A DNA stretch of 64,000 nucleotides from an uncultured bacterium. GTDB taxonomy: Bacteria > Patescibacteriota > JACMRA01. The notes beneath the pieces are model-generated. The model did no database searches. It had not been told where the DNA came from and saw nothing but the letters and a program-made list of their open reading frames with translations. The first letter of the stretch is position 1. Each line of letters begins with the position of its first letter. The DNA lies in NCBI GenBank assembly GCA_963704645.1, contig OY969926.1:576001-640000 (forward strand), read 5' to 3'. Shown piece by piece: positions 19,521-29,450 of the stretch. The translations under genes and the position numbers were made by a program.

Positions 19521-20300
19521 ATGAAGTTTTTAGCGAACAAAACTAAGGTCAATAACCGTGAGTTTATGCTTATTGTTATGCTGTTTTTATCCACTTTAGT
19601 TTGTGGAAAGTCTATTAGTTTAAATTTAACAAATGTACCAAGTTTTTCTTTAGGGGAAGTAAGTGTTCAGGCCGAATCTATTTCTGAAAGTTTGGGTAGT
19701 ACGTCAGTTTCAGCAGAAGCTATTCCAGAAGTTGAAGTTGCTCCTAAGAAGGAAGTTGCTAAAGTTGAGTTGGTGAAAAGTGCTAATGTTTCATCTACAA
19801 AACCTAAAAGCGTTGCTCCAGCTGGCACTTCAAATTTATCTTTGCTTACAATTCCGTCTATAAATTTAAGCACTAATGTAGACTTTGCCTCAGTTACAAA
19901 TTTACCTGTTCTAGAAAAAAAACTTCTGTATAACCCACTTGTGGAAAGTACATTAAGCTCAGACTTTTGCGGTATTGGTTTAGCTACTTACGTTTATGGC
20001 CACTCTGAACCTGCAGTTAATGGAACAGAAAATTACCCAGCCACAAGAGTTTTCAAAAACTTAGATCAGCTAGTTGTGGGTCAGCAAATTCAAGCTTCAA
20101 ATACTAAGGGCCAAAGCTGCTCTTATAAAATAAATGAAATTTTTGTTGTAGTTACAGATAATAAAGATCAGGTAACTAATGAAGATTATGCTAAACTTTT
20201 TTACCCAGCTTTGCTTGAAGATAAAAGTATTTTAACCTTGCAAACTTGTGTTAAAGGTTCTGCTACACACCGTTTAATTATTCGAGCTATTTCTGTTTAA
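19521..20300 (+). CDS. Sortase family protein
   Basis: N-terminal anchor; IPSINL; YVYGHS; F.NL.QL..G; LTLQTC...RLII with catalytic H/C/R. Confidence 0.82.
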   Translation: MKFLANKTKVNNREFMLIVMLFLSTLVCGKSISLNLTNVPSFSLGEVSVQAESISESLGSTSVSAEAIPEVEVAPKKEVAKVELVKSANVSSTKPKSVAPAGTSNLSLLTIPSINLSTNVDFASVTNLPVLEKKLLYNPLVESTLSSDFCGIGLATYVYGHSEPAVNGTENYPATRVFKNLDQLVVGQQIQASNTKGQSCSYKINEIFVVVTDNKDQVTNEDYAKLFYPALLEDKSILTLQTCVKGSATHRLIIRAISV

Positions 20301-20310
20301 TTTAGTCATT

Positions 20311-21600
20311 ATGTCTCGGCTTAAAATTTCAGACAGCACCTTAAAAAAACTGTTTGCTTTGTCAGGTAATTGCTGCGCTTTTCCAAATTGTACTCAAAAA
20401 CTTATTGATGATTCTGGTAATTTAATTGCTCAAATTTGCCATATTGAAGCGGCTAATGTTGAAGGTCAGCGATACAATCCTAATCAAAATGATGAAGAAA
20501 GAAGAGACTTTTCTAATTTGGTTATAATGTGCCCCAATCATCACAAAATTACAGATGATGTGGAAAAATATTCTACGCCACTTCTGCAAAAAATTAAAGC
20601 CGACCACGAGGCTAAGTTTAAGAACAAAAACCAGCAATTTGAACTTGAAAAAGAAGCTTTGCAAAAAATTTCTGAACAAGTAAATAACTTTAATTTTGAA
20701 AACAATTCTGGCCAGCAAAATTTAAATCAGGGTGGAACGCAAATTATTCAAAATGGTTTAACGGTTACAGAAACAAGACAAATAGTTTCAGACCAAATTT
20801 ACCCAGTAGTGGAAGAATTGAAGAAGAATTTTATTCACCTTTCTAAGGAATCTAAAAAAACTGTAGACGAAAGAATTCAAAGTTTTCTAGTTGATAATTT
20901 TACTCCAAAATTTATAGAACTTACAAGTCGTGTAAATAATTTGGAGGTCAGGTTAAAAAGCCCAGATGTTCAATATTCTTTCAATCAAGTTTTGCAAGCT
21001 GTTGGTCGAAGATCTTCTCCAAGTTTCAATCAAAGTTTAGCCAATTTAATGATAGCTAGAATTGAAAGCGAAGATAATTCCGCTGAAGCCTTAATTTACA
21101 ACGAAGCCATAGCAGTTTTCCCAAAGTTAACCAGTACTCAGCTTGGGATTTTGAGCCTTGCGTTTTTAACTCACTCAGTTGAATCAGGCGAGGATGTTAA
21201 GTCTGATGAACAAATTATAGAATTACTGGAATCTAGGTTCGGTTGGCTAGAAAATAATAATTTTGGCGTTCAGAAAATGAAGGAAATTGATTTCTCTCAT
21301 CTTGAGTACGCTGGAGCAGCTAATGTATCTACTCAACAATACAATTTTGATAGTGTAGTAACAAACTACAAATTTTTTGGAGAGTATTTAGGAGAAGATT
21401 TTGGCTTTAGTAGTACTTTGAAAATCAAAACTGATGTACAGCAAGAAATAAAATCTAAAATAGTTGCTTTCTATAATTTATATTCAAATAATCCTATTTC
21501 CACAGTTCGGCTAACTTCTGTGGGAACGGTTCTAGCAATTCACTGGTTAAAAATTATAGCTAACTTGGATTTTGAGACTGGTCTGTGGTTACAAATTTAA
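20311..21600 (+). CDS. HNH endonuclease fused to LPO_1073/Vpar_1526-like domain (candidate defence protein)
   Basis: LFALSGNCCAFPNC, CHIEA, NLVIMCPNHH..D HNH; C-terminal PDVQY...L..RI...EAI...KLT..QL pattern. Confidence 0.72.
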   Translation: MSRLKISDSTLKKLFALSGNCCAFPNCTQKLIDDSGNLIAQICHIEAANVEGQRYNPNQNDEERRDFSNLVIMCPNHHKITDDVEKYSTPLLQKIKADHEAKFKNKNQQFELEKEALQKISEQVNNFNFENNSGQQNLNQGGTQIIQNGLTVTETRQIVSDQIYPVVEELKKNFIHLSKESKKTVDERIQSFLVDNFTPKFIELTSRVNNLEVRLKSPDVQYSFNQVLQAVGRRSSPSFNQSLANLMIARIESEDNSAEALIYNEAIAVFPKLTSTQLGILSLAFLTHSVESGEDVKSDEQIIELLESRFGWLENNNFGVQKMKEIDFSHLEYAGAANVSTQQYNFDSVVTNYKFFGEYLGEDFGFSSTLKIKTDVQQEIKSKIVAFYNLYSNNPISTVRLTSVGTVLAIHWLKIIANLDFETGLWLQI

Positions 21601-21697
21601 CTATTGCAACTAGTTTGACTTAACCAGCTTAAAGTGTACTTGCAAAAAGTGTTTTTATATGCTGAAATTGAAATTGTTCAAGCTACATAAAAAACAA

Positions 21698-21865
21698 ATG
21701 CTTAAAAAAATTGGATTAGGGTTGCTTTCAGCCGGTGTTTTGTGGGTTTTGCTAGACTTGGCTAACAAGTCCACTGGAGATACCCAGCTTTTGTATACCT
21801 GTCTATCAGGTATCCCAGTTTTTGTTATCGGTATATTAATCTACAAAAGAGATAACAGATGGTAA
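21698..21865 (+). CDS. Small two-TM membrane protein
   Basis: Two hydrophobic helices; terminator downstream. Confidence 0.55.
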   Translation: MLKKIGLGLLSAGVLWVLLDLANKSTGDTQLLYTCLSGIPVFVIGILIYKRDNRW

Positions 21866-21897
21866 TTATACCCTAAAGATCTAGATAAATGTTCAGT

Positions 21898-21920
21898 CCT
21901 GTGTTATTTACACAGGTTTT
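21898..21920 (+). terminator. Putative intrinsic terminator
   Basis: CCTGTG-ttattta-CACAGG-TTTT. Confidence 0.55.
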
Positions 21921-21964
21921 ATTATTGCCCAAAATGTTTTTTAAAGTTCAGCTGCTATTAAAAT

Positions 21965-21993
21965 TTGACAAAGGTAATTTTTAGTGTTATAAA
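21965..21993 (+). promoter_or_regulatory. Sigma70 promoter
   Basis: TTGACA-17 bp-TATAAA with extended TG. Confidence 0.7.
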
Positions 21994-21999
21994 TTATGT

Positions 22000-22121
22000 A
22001 TTAAAGTAAACTAAATTACTTTAAAAGTCATCCAGGTTTCTGGATCGTACTATCACATAGGAGGTATTAAATTACAAACAACTCTTTTATCCCGGCATTC
22101 TTTGAATTCACCGGGTCTTTT
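22000..22121 (+). ncRNA. Candidate ~120-nt small RNA
   Basis: Near-consensus promoter, two hairpins, unpaired AGGAGGT, CCCGG/CCGGG-TCTTTT terminator, no ORF. Confidence 0.45.
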
Positions 22122-22159
22122 AATTGCCCAAAAACTAAAAAAATATTTTGCTACAATTA

Positions 22160-23566
22160 ATGTCTTTGAAGTTAGCTTTAGCTATAGAATCTAGTTGTGA
22201 TGAAACCAGTTTGGCTATATTTTTGTTGCCTGATAATGTTCCAACCAACTTTTTAGAAAGAATAAATTCGTACGTTGTTTTGGGTTCAATTGTTTCTTCT
22301 CAAATAAAAATTCACCAAGAATATGGTGGAGTTATTCCAGAAGTTGGCGCCCGAAGCCATGCCACCCAAATTCACTATTTATGGAATTTAGTTTGGCAAC
22401 AAGCCGTAGAAAAAGCCAGTGCTATTGGAATTAATAATTTGGAAAAAACTAATTTAGAAACTATTTTGGTAACTACAAACCCTGGTTTGGTTTCAGCTTT
22501 GCGGGTAGGGCTAGAGTTTGCAAAGTCTTTAAAGTTCTTTTTAGAATTACAAAATGCCAATGTAAATATAATTCCGGTTAACCATTTGCGTGGTCATGTA
22601 GCTAGCTGCTTTTACAATTTAGATGTTAAAACTTGGCTGCTTTCTTCTTCAGATGGACCTTCTAAAAATAACTTGGAGGGTGTTAAAAACGGGGAGAAGG
22701 TCGGGGTAAATAATACTGGCATTTCAGAGGGTTCAACTACCCCGATGAATTTGTCATCACCCCTTACCAGGGGTATTGGTGATGCTGAGTCTTTGAATGT
22801 TAGAGATGAAGATTTGTTTCCGCATTTGCATTTGTTGGTTTCTGGGGGGAATACACAGTTGTTGTTGCTTAAAAGTTGGAACGATTACGAAATTATTGGT
22901 CAAACTTTAGATGATGCAATTGGTGAAAGTTTAGATAAAATTGGACGAATGGTTGGTTTGCCTTATCCAGCTGGAATTAGTGTTTCTAAAATTGCTGGAT
23001 TAGTCTGCCAAAACCCGCTTAATTTAACTATAGGAATGAAGAATGCCGAGCTTAATTTTTCCTATTCAGGTATGAAAACAGCAGTACGTTATTTAGTTCA
23101 AAGTAAACCGGAATTACTTACATTCGAAGAAAATCTTTCCAAAGAAGATGTGGACTTTTTAATTTCTAGGGCGAATTTAGAGATTGGGGAAACTACTACC
23201 CCGAAACCTTCGGTTTCGCTCTTAGACAGGGGTACTTTATCCTCTGGGTCAATTAATTCGTCCGGATTAAATCTAGCCCAGCCCGAACTTGTTGTTGGGT
23301 CTAAACTTCATTTCATTCAGCAGCTTTGTATTTCTGCTCAGTACGTGGCTATTTCCCAAATTTCCCAAAAATTTAACTTGGCTATAAATTTGCATAGTCC
23401 AAAAAGTGTAGGTGTTTCCGGTGGAGTTTCAGCTAGTTTAATGCTTCGCCAAGAATTAAAAAACATAGCAAAAAAACACCAAATTTCTAACTTGTTTATT
23501 CCACAATTAAGTTTAACAGGCGACAACGCAGTTATGATTGGTCTTGCTGGTTTAGTATCTATTTAG
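22160..23566 (+). CDS. tsaD: tRNA N6-adenosine threonylcarbamoyltransferase with two in-frame insertions
   Basis: AIESSCDETS, GGVIPEVGARSH, NHLRGH, LLVSGGNT, TLDDAIGE, FSYSGMKT, DNAVMIG. Confidence 0.95.
   Translation: MSLKLALAIESSCDETSLAIFLLPDNVPTNFLERINSYVVLGSIVSSQIKIHQEYGGVIPEVGARSHATQIHYLWNLVWQQAVEKASAIGINNLEKTNLETILVTTNPGLVSALRVGLEFAKSLKFFLELQNANVNIIPVNHLRGHVASCFYNLDVKTWLLSSSDGPSKNNLEGVKNGEKVGVNNTGISEGSTTPMNLSSPLTRGIGDAESLNVRDEDLFPHLHLLVSGGNTQLLLLKSWNDYEIIGQTLDDAIGESLDKIGRMVGLPYPAGISVSKIAGLVCQNPLNLTIGMKNAELNFSYSGMKTAVRYLVQSKPELLTFEENLSKEDVDFLISRANLEIGETTTPKPSVSLLDRGTLSSGSINSSGLNLAQPELVVGSKLHFIQQLCISAQYVAISQISQKFNLAINLHSPKSVGVSGGVSASLMLRQELKNIAKKHQISNLFIPQLSLTGDNAVMIGLAGLVSI
22736..22777 (+). 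repeat. 42-nt palindromic element, in frame in tsaD (copy a)
   Basis: ACTACCCC-GATGAATTTGTCATC-ACCCCT-TACC-AGGGGTATT. Confidence 0.85.
23195..23236 (+). repeat. 42-nt palindromic element, in frame in tsaD (copy b)
   Basis: ACTACCCC-GAAACCTTCGGTTTC-GCTCTT-AGAC-AGGGGTACT. Confidence 0.85.
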
Positions 23567-23606
23567 TCTGAGCACAAAAAAAGTAGCGTGTTGCTACTTG
23601 CTAGTT

Positions 23607-23912
23607 TTAATTAATCATTTCCTGATAATACTCTATAGGCATTGTTGGCAATCCAAAATCAATTCTCCTAGATAAAGAACTGGAAATTTGAAGAACAGCA
23701 ATGATAGTAATTTCCCCACTAGTAACTGTTACTACGTTATATTCTTGACCAGGCCAATTGTTGATTTGTTTCAGGTCATCACGGTGAACTAAGCCCAAAT
23801 TGTCTTTACTAACTAAACTTTTAACTGCGGGTGCATGATAATGTTTAGTCTGAACTTTAAACTGTCTTCTTATACTATTTCCTTCATCCAAGACAAAAAT
23901 TACTTGCTTCAT
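23607..23912 (-). CDS. Hypothetical protein
   Basis: ORF filling the gap between tsaD and the Mur ligase. Confidence 0.55.
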   Translation of the reverse strand: MKQVIFVLDEGNSIRRQFKVQTKHYHAPAVKSLVSKDNLGLVHRDDLKQINNWPGQEYNVVTVTSGEITIIAVLQISSSLSRRIDFGLPTMPIEYYQEMIN

Positions 23913-24058
23913 TAATGTTTTCCAAAACTAGTAATTCAGTAATAACAAAAGCCATTATCCTGTCAAAATAAATTTGATTTGCAATAAACCAAACAATTTG
24001 AATTACTAGAAATATACTTTCAAAAGCTGAAATAAGCAGCAAAACCAAACTACCTTCA

Positions 24059-25540
24059 ATGCCTAAAATTCCTTTCCGTACAAAACTATTAATTTGGCTT
24101 GGTGGTAAATTGCTAGAAAAAATTCGCAAAACTTATTATAAGAAATATAACAAAAAATGGCCTATTGTTTTAATTGCTGGAACTGCTGGTAAAAGTTCTA
24201 CTACATTGCTAATTCAAAACCTATTTACCAAGGCTGGCTGGCAAGTTTTCGGAAGTGCTACTAAAACTACCTGCCTCAATTCTTTAACTGGTTTAATTAT
24301 GGTTCTTGGAAGGTTTTTCTTCCAGTTTGAAGGCGGAATGGGTGGTTGGCGCAAGTTTGAATTTTTGGTAGAGGCAGCTTGGACTAGTTTTTTTGGCAAT
24401 TATTCAGATTTACAAGAAAACTCGGTTTTGGTTTTTGAGGTTGGTTTTAACGAACAACACGAAGCCAATTTCTTTACTAAAATTTTTGAAGATAAGGCCA
24501 GTTTTTTGGTTGTTACAAATTTAACTTTAGAACATTCCTTTGGTTTTTCAAACCGTTTAGACACGGCTACACTTTCTAAATTAGAAAACAATTTACCGCC
24601 AGAATTAGTTCAGCTTTTGTTAGACAGTGAAAAAAATAATGCCAGATTAGCCAACACTGCTCTAGAGCAACTGAAGTTAATTAACTGTGCTAAAAACATT
24701 ATGGTTCCAACAACTTTAGGCAGCATTACCAACTCTTGGTTTACTAAAATAGCTGGTAAAAATGAATGGGAAATGCAAAACTTTATTGCTACCAGAAATG
24801 AAAATAGGTTGGAAGTTAACGGCCAATATTTGTTTCCAGCTGAATATTTATTGCCTTTAACTTTTGCTAAAACGGTTGGAATTATTGAAGAAATTAAGCA
24901 ACAATTTAATTTGGAAGTTAATTTACAGGAAGTGCTAGATAGTTTTTCTTTCCCCAACGGAAGATTTAGTTTGCTAGCAGGAATTAACGACACAGTTTTG
25001 GTAGACAGCACTTACAATTCAGATCCGGCAAGTTTAGTAGGTTATTTAGATTTGTTTGAAGAAATTGTTAGTCTGCAAAAAACTACAACTCAACAACATT
25101 TAGTTTTACCAAAGCACAATTTAATTTTAGGCGAAATGAGGGAGATGGGAAAAATTGCTACAACTCAGCACAATTTAATTTTAGATAAAGTTTTAGAAAT
25201 TGGAGCTAAATTTCCAGATAGAATTGAATCTATTCGGCTCATTGGAAAAGAATGGCTGGCTTGCAACCAAGACGATATTGTAAAAGTGGATGGAGACGTT
25301 AGTTTTATTTCTTATTCCAAACATTTATTTAAAGTTTATAATTCAGCAGGTTCAATAATTAAATCTTTACCAGAAGTTACTATTTCACAAGGAAATTGGT
25401 ATTGGCTAAAAGGCAGCCAAAACACTATATTTTTAGAAGGCGTAGTAGAATATTTACTAGAGAATAAGGATGAGGTGGAAACAAAACTGTGCAGACGAGG
25501 CGCAGAGTGGGATCAGATTAGGGCGAAGTGGCTGGTGTAG
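24059..25540 (+). CDS. murF: Mur ligase, MurF-like
   Basis: IAGTAGKSST, GRFSLL.G, DSTYNSDP.S, ILGEMREMG, KGSQ. Confidence 0.8.
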   Translation: MPKIPFRTKLLIWLGGKLLEKIRKTYYKKYNKKWPIVLIAGTAGKSSTTLLIQNLFTKAGWQVFGSATKTTCLNSLTGLIMVLGRFFFQFEGGMGGWRKFEFLVEAAWTSFFGNYSDLQENSVLVFEVGFNEQHEANFFTKIFEDKASFLVVTNLTLEHSFGFSNRLDTATLSKLENNLPPELVQLLLDSEKNNARLANTALEQLKLINCAKNIMVPTTLGSITNSWFTKIAGKNEWEMQNFIATRNENRLEVNGQYLFPAEYLLPLTFAKTVGIIEEIKQQFNLEVNLQEVLDSFSFPNGRFSLLAGINDTVLVDSTYNSDPASLVGYLDLFEEIVSLQKTTTQQHLVLPKHNLILGEMREMGKIATTQHNLILDKVLEIGAKFPDRIESIRLIGKEWLACNQDDIVKVDGDVSFISYSKHLFKVYNSAGSIIKSLPEVTISQGNWYWLKGSQNTIFLEGVVEYLLENKDEVETKLCRRGAEWDQIRAKWLV

Positions 25541-25617
25541 TGGGAGATAATTTTATCAGCTTTGAAATTAGAATTAGCACAAAATAAAACAGGCTTGCTG
25601 GGCCTGTTCGGTTTAGG

Positions 25618-26235
25618 TTAACGATTAATGTTAACCGTGTTTAAGTCTACAATGTCTCCAACTCCTTCCAGCTTGAAAATTGAGTTTTCATCAAGAGGAT
25701 TTATCCAACCGTTGTACCATTCTTCAGCATTGCCTAATACAAGCTCACTGATGCCGTTTGATCTACAGATATCGACTAGCTGCTGGTCGTAATCTTCTTG
25801 CATCATATGCAGTTGTGAATCATCAGCTTGTACAAAAAGTTTCAAACCAGCAATGAAATGTTCAATTCCATTCAATTCTTCAACATTACTGGGTGAATCA
25901 GTTTGTTGCTGATTACACTCTGTGTGCTGTTCAAAGTTTTGAAGAATCTGATCTTTAACAGGAGAAAGAGTTCTCAGATAAGCATTTTTATAGGCCTCGG
26001 GGTCTACATCTTGAAACCAAGTATTAGCATCGGCGACATAAACTTTTGATCCGTCTTTAACTAAAAAGCTGAAATCAGTTGATTTAGGAAGTATTTCTCC
26101 TTTAAGATTCCAGAAAGGGATTCCTGTTTTATCTCGAAATATAATAAGGAGCTGAAACAGATCATTATCAAATTTGGTTTCAATTACTCTCCACGCTGTG
26201 TTTAGACTGTTAATATAGTCAACTAAACTTGTCAC
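25618..26235 (-). CDS. Hypothetical acidic protein
   Basis: 205-aa ORF with GGAG SD before GTG. Confidence 0.65.
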   Translation of the reverse strand: MTSLVDYINSLNTAWRVIETKFDNDLFQLLIIFRDKTGIPFWNLKGEILPKSTDFSFLVKDGSKVYVADANTWFQDVDPEAYKNAYLRTLSPVKDQILQNFEQHTECNQQQTDSPSNVEELNGIEHFIAGLKLFVQADDSQLHMMQEDYDQQLVDICRSNGISELVLGNAEEWYNGWINPLDENSIFKLEGVGDIVDLNTVNINR

Positions 26236-26360
26236 AGTTTTTACTCCACAATAGTTTTTACTTCAAGCTTTTAAGTATTTTCATAAATAATTTGCATAGT
26301 CAACCAATCTTAAAACTAGTATTTAGATAGATTCTAGCCGTTAAATTTTTGTTTTTTAAG

Positions 26361-26390
26361 TTAAACCCCGAAACAAGTTCAAGGTAGCGG
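26361..26390 (+). repeat. Degenerate CCTGAAACAAGTTCAGG-type REP-like element
   Basis: AACCCCGAAACAAGTTCAAGGT resembles the copies at 37379 and 51038. Confidence 0.55.
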
Positions 26391-26662
26391 GTTTAGAGAA
26401 ATAAATGTACCAACTAATAGAGATAATTTATTGGGTTTTGAACATATTTATCCTTATTAAAGCTATCTTAAACTTATCCCTTGACAAAAAAATGTTTTTG
26501 TAATTACTAGTTTGTCAAGCTGTGGATTTGTGCTAAGGCAGTGCTGTAAAAAACAATAACTTCATCATCTTATGGCATCTTTAGTTCTATCTAATTAATA
26601 TTTTATTAATCTCATAATTTTTTAATTTATCAGCTTCAATCTTTTATTGTCGCAAACATCAG

Positions 26663-26683
26663 GGTGGCTTCGGCCACTCTTTG
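26663..26683 (+). terminator. Putative terminator hairpin
   Basis: GGGTGGC-TTCG-GCCACTC-TTT. Confidence 0.55.
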
Positions 26684-26727
26684 ACATGGGCAATTTTCTG
26701 TGCTATTTAAGCTGAAATTATATTTTT

Positions 26728-28182
26728 GTGACAATTAATCCTACCAACAAACAATACGGTTCTGTGCCAAGTAAAATTAGACCTAGCTTAAGGTTAGATA
26801 GCACTATTGACCCTAGGCAAATTTCCAAATATCTAGATTTGTTAAAGCCTATTAAACTTCAATCTGATAAGGAAAAACAGATTATTAATTGGTATTATTC
26901 TGAAGAAATTCAATTACCCTTAAAAGAAGCTTTGATGGTAATTGTAGGTAAGTTACAATTGTTTTTAGACTCTGCTGAAACCAAGCTTAAAAAGTCTGTT
27001 GAATTGGGTGATACTGTTTTGGCAGACTGTATTAAGCAGCTGCACATCACGGTTAATAATCATAATTTTGAAGATATAGACAAAGTAAGAGATAGAATTT
27101 TGAAAAGGTTAAAAGATGATGATTACAAAAGTGAAATATATAATTTTACTGGCGAAATTTACCGTAACATTGGTATTTTAAGTAAAAGTATTTCCAACTT
27201 TAAAAAATCTTTGGAATACAACCCAGCTAACTTTAACGCCGTTCTAAATTTGGGCAGACTTTATATAAGCACAGAAGATTATCAGCTAGTTGAAGATTTA
27301 ATTATTGATGCTGTTAAGTTGTTTAAAAAGAAAACTCCAGAATATTTGCCCGAATTATTAAATTTGTTGAGCCAGTCAAAAATATATTCATCTAAATATT
27401 TAGAGGCCAAGCAAATTTTGTTACAAGCTAAAAGTTTTCCTACTAACAACCCAGATTTAAAAAAGTTAATTGATATAAATTTAATTTTGGTTTTAGTGCT
27501 AAATTTTGAATTAACAGAAGCTTGGGAAATGATTGAACATGTTGGATTATCTATTTCCGGCAGTTTCAACCCTCATCATCCCGAGCCTTTGCAATTCAGC
27601 CAAATTCCCTTTTTGTATAACACAATTGCTATATATTACGCTGTAGATAATCAGTTTCAAAAGTCTAAAGCTTTCGCCGAAAAATCTTTTCAAATAGATG
27701 AAATGCTGGGTAACACTAAATACAATTTGCCGTATCATTTTCTAGTAATAAATAACAATTTGGCCTATTTAAGTATTTATCTAGGTGATTCCGAGGGCTT
27801 TAATAAATATAATCAATTAGTCCGAGAGCTTTCCATAGACTTCTTCGGCTCAAATTCTTTTGCTTTTGCTAAAAGTTATGCTAATTTGGGTTTAATGTAT
27901 TTAATTCAAGGTAAAAAAGATGAAGCTTTTCAGCAATTTTTTAGGTCGTTCCAGCTATTGTCACAAACCAGTCAGCGTAGCCAGTTAATAAGATCTGCTA
28001 TTTATTGCGACATTGGAAATATTTATTGTTGGCAGAAAAACTATGATCAGGCTAAAATTTTCTATTCTAAGGCTAAATTAATTGTTCAAGAATATTTTGG
28101 AAAAAACAGTTTGAACTTGCAAAGAATTAATGCAAAAATTAAGACTTTAGAAAGTGGTGTAAATATTATTTTACCTTTCTAA
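26728..28182 (+). CDS. Tetratricopeptide repeat protein
   Basis: FKKSLEYNP...AVLNLGRLY; SYANLGLMY; IYCDIGNIY...YDQA..FYSKA. Confidence 0.85.
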   Translation: MTINPTNKQYGSVPSKIRPSLRLDSTIDPRQISKYLDLLKPIKLQSDKEKQIINWYYSEEIQLPLKEALMVIVGKLQLFLDSAETKLKKSVELGDTVLADCIKQLHITVNNHNFEDIDKVRDRILKRLKDDDYKSEIYNFTGEIYRNIGILSKSISNFKKSLEYNPANFNAVLNLGRLYISTEDYQLVEDLIIDAVKLFKKKTPEYLPELLNLLSQSKIYSSKYLEAKQILLQAKSFPTNNPDLKKLIDINLILVLVLNFELTEAWEMIEHVGLSISGSFNPHHPEPLQFSQIPFLYNTIAIYYAVDNQFQKSKAFAEKSFQIDEMLGNTKYNLPYHFLVINNNLAYLSIYLGDSEGFNKYNQLVRELSIDFFGSNSFAFAKSYANLGLMYLIQGKKDEAFQQFFRSFQLLSQTSQRSQLIRSAIYCDIGNIYCWQKNYDQAKIFYSKAKLIVQEYFGKNSLNLQRINAKIKTLESGVNIILPF

Positions 28183-28190
28183 GTTTTGTT

Positions 28191-29405
28191 ATGCGTTTAG
28201 TTTTTTTTGGTTCGTCCAGTTTTGTAATTCCAATTTTGGAAGATATTAAGAACGGTGAGGGTGCTAGCTTATTACAAGTTTTAACTTCTAGGAGAGAAGA
28301 GTTAGGCAAAATTGACCCTTCATATTCAGATATAGTAAAGCAAGTTGAGTCTCTGGCGAATGAAGAAAATCTAGAATTAAGCGATATTAAAGACAAGCTA
28401 AATTCGCCTATAGAATTATTGGGTGTTGTTACCCAAGCAAACACAGAACATAGAGGAAAAATTCAGAAATCCGGTACTGCAATATGGAGTGAGAATAATA
28501 ATGTAAAGTTATTTCAACCTGAAAAATTAAATAAGCAATTTGAAGAATGGCAGACTTTTGTGGAAGAAGGTTTTGATGTTTCTGTTGTGGCTTCTTTTGG
28601 CCAAATAATCAGTCAAAAAGTTTTAGATACAGGGCAGTGGATAAACTGGCACCCTTCCAAGCTACCAGAATACAGAGGTCCTTGCCCCATGCAGCAATGC
28701 CTGGCAGATGGCAGGGTCGAAACAGCCTTAAGTTGGATTAAAATGACGAAAGGTATGGACGCTGGAGAAATTTATGTGCAAGTTCCTGTAAAAACAAATG
28801 GTTCAGATTTTAACCAATTAGCTGAAAGAATGGGTGATTTAGGTAAATTAACTTGGCCTTTGGCTGTTCTTGCTAGTATAATTAATAATACTGAAAATCA
28901 AAGTTCAAATTCAATTTTAAATAGTTTAAAAGCTTTGCTTCAACCAAAAATTCAAAACGAAGACGAAGTTACTTTTACTAAAATGTTAACCAAAGAAGAT
29001 GGAGTAGTTATTCCCAATTCGCAATCGGCCGAGCAAATTTACAACCATTATTTGGCCTATATCCAATATCCAAAAACATATTATTTTAGTAGTTATTTTA
29101 ATGAAATGGTTAGACTGGATGAAGTTGAAGGTTGGGTTCATGGTGGAACTGAAACTAGCCCGACTACCCCGATGGCTTTGCCATCACCCCTAGATAGGGG
29201 TACTCTTAGCCTAGAACTAGAGGTAGTTAATAGTCTTTCTTCAAACTCTACTTCGCAATCCCATCCTCAAAGTTCTGAGTTTCGCAAGATAGATAATAAA
29301 ACTAATTATTTGCTTTTACAATGTGCCAAGCAAACTTTTTTAAAAGTAATTTCCGTAACTTTAAGTAGTGGTAAAAAGGTGTTTTTAAAAGGTTTGGAAT
29401 TATAG
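28191..29405 (+). CDS. fmt: Methionyl-tRNA formyltransferase with insertions
   Basis: MRLVFFGS, VVASFGQII, INWHPSKLPEYRGPCP, GMDAG. Confidence 0.88.
   Translation: MRLVFFGSSSFVIPILEDIKNGEGASLLQVLTSRREELGKIDPSYSDIVKQVESLANEENLELSDIKDKLNSPIELLGVVTQANTEHRGKIQKSGTAIWSENNNVKLFQPEKLNKQFEEWQTFVEEGFDVSVVASFGQIISQKVLDTGQWINWHPSKLPEYRGPCPMQQCLADGRVETALSWIKMTKGMDAGEIYVQVPVKTNGSDFNQLAERMGDLGKLTWPLAVLASIINNTENQSSNSILNSLKALLQPKIQNEDEVTFTKMLTKEDGVVIPNSQSAEQIYNHYLAYIQYPKTYYFSSYFNEMVRLDEVEGWVHGGTETSPTTPMALPSPLDRGTLSLELEVVNSLSSNSTSQSHPQSSEFRKIDNKTNYLLLQCAKQTFLKVISVTLSSGKKVFLKGLEL
29163..29204 (+). repeat. 42-nt palindromic element, in frame in fmt (copy c)
   Basis: ACTACCCC-GATGGCTTTGCCATC-ACCCCT-AGAT-AGGGGTACT. 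Confidence 0.85.
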
Positions 29406-29434
29406 TTGCAAAGAACGGTACACTGTGCTAGAAT
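29406..29434 (+). promoter_or_regulatory. Sigma70 promoter
   Basis: TTGCAA-17-TAGAAT with extended TG; supports the start at 29451. Confidence 0.6.
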
Positions 29435-29450
29435 TGTACTTATTACATAT

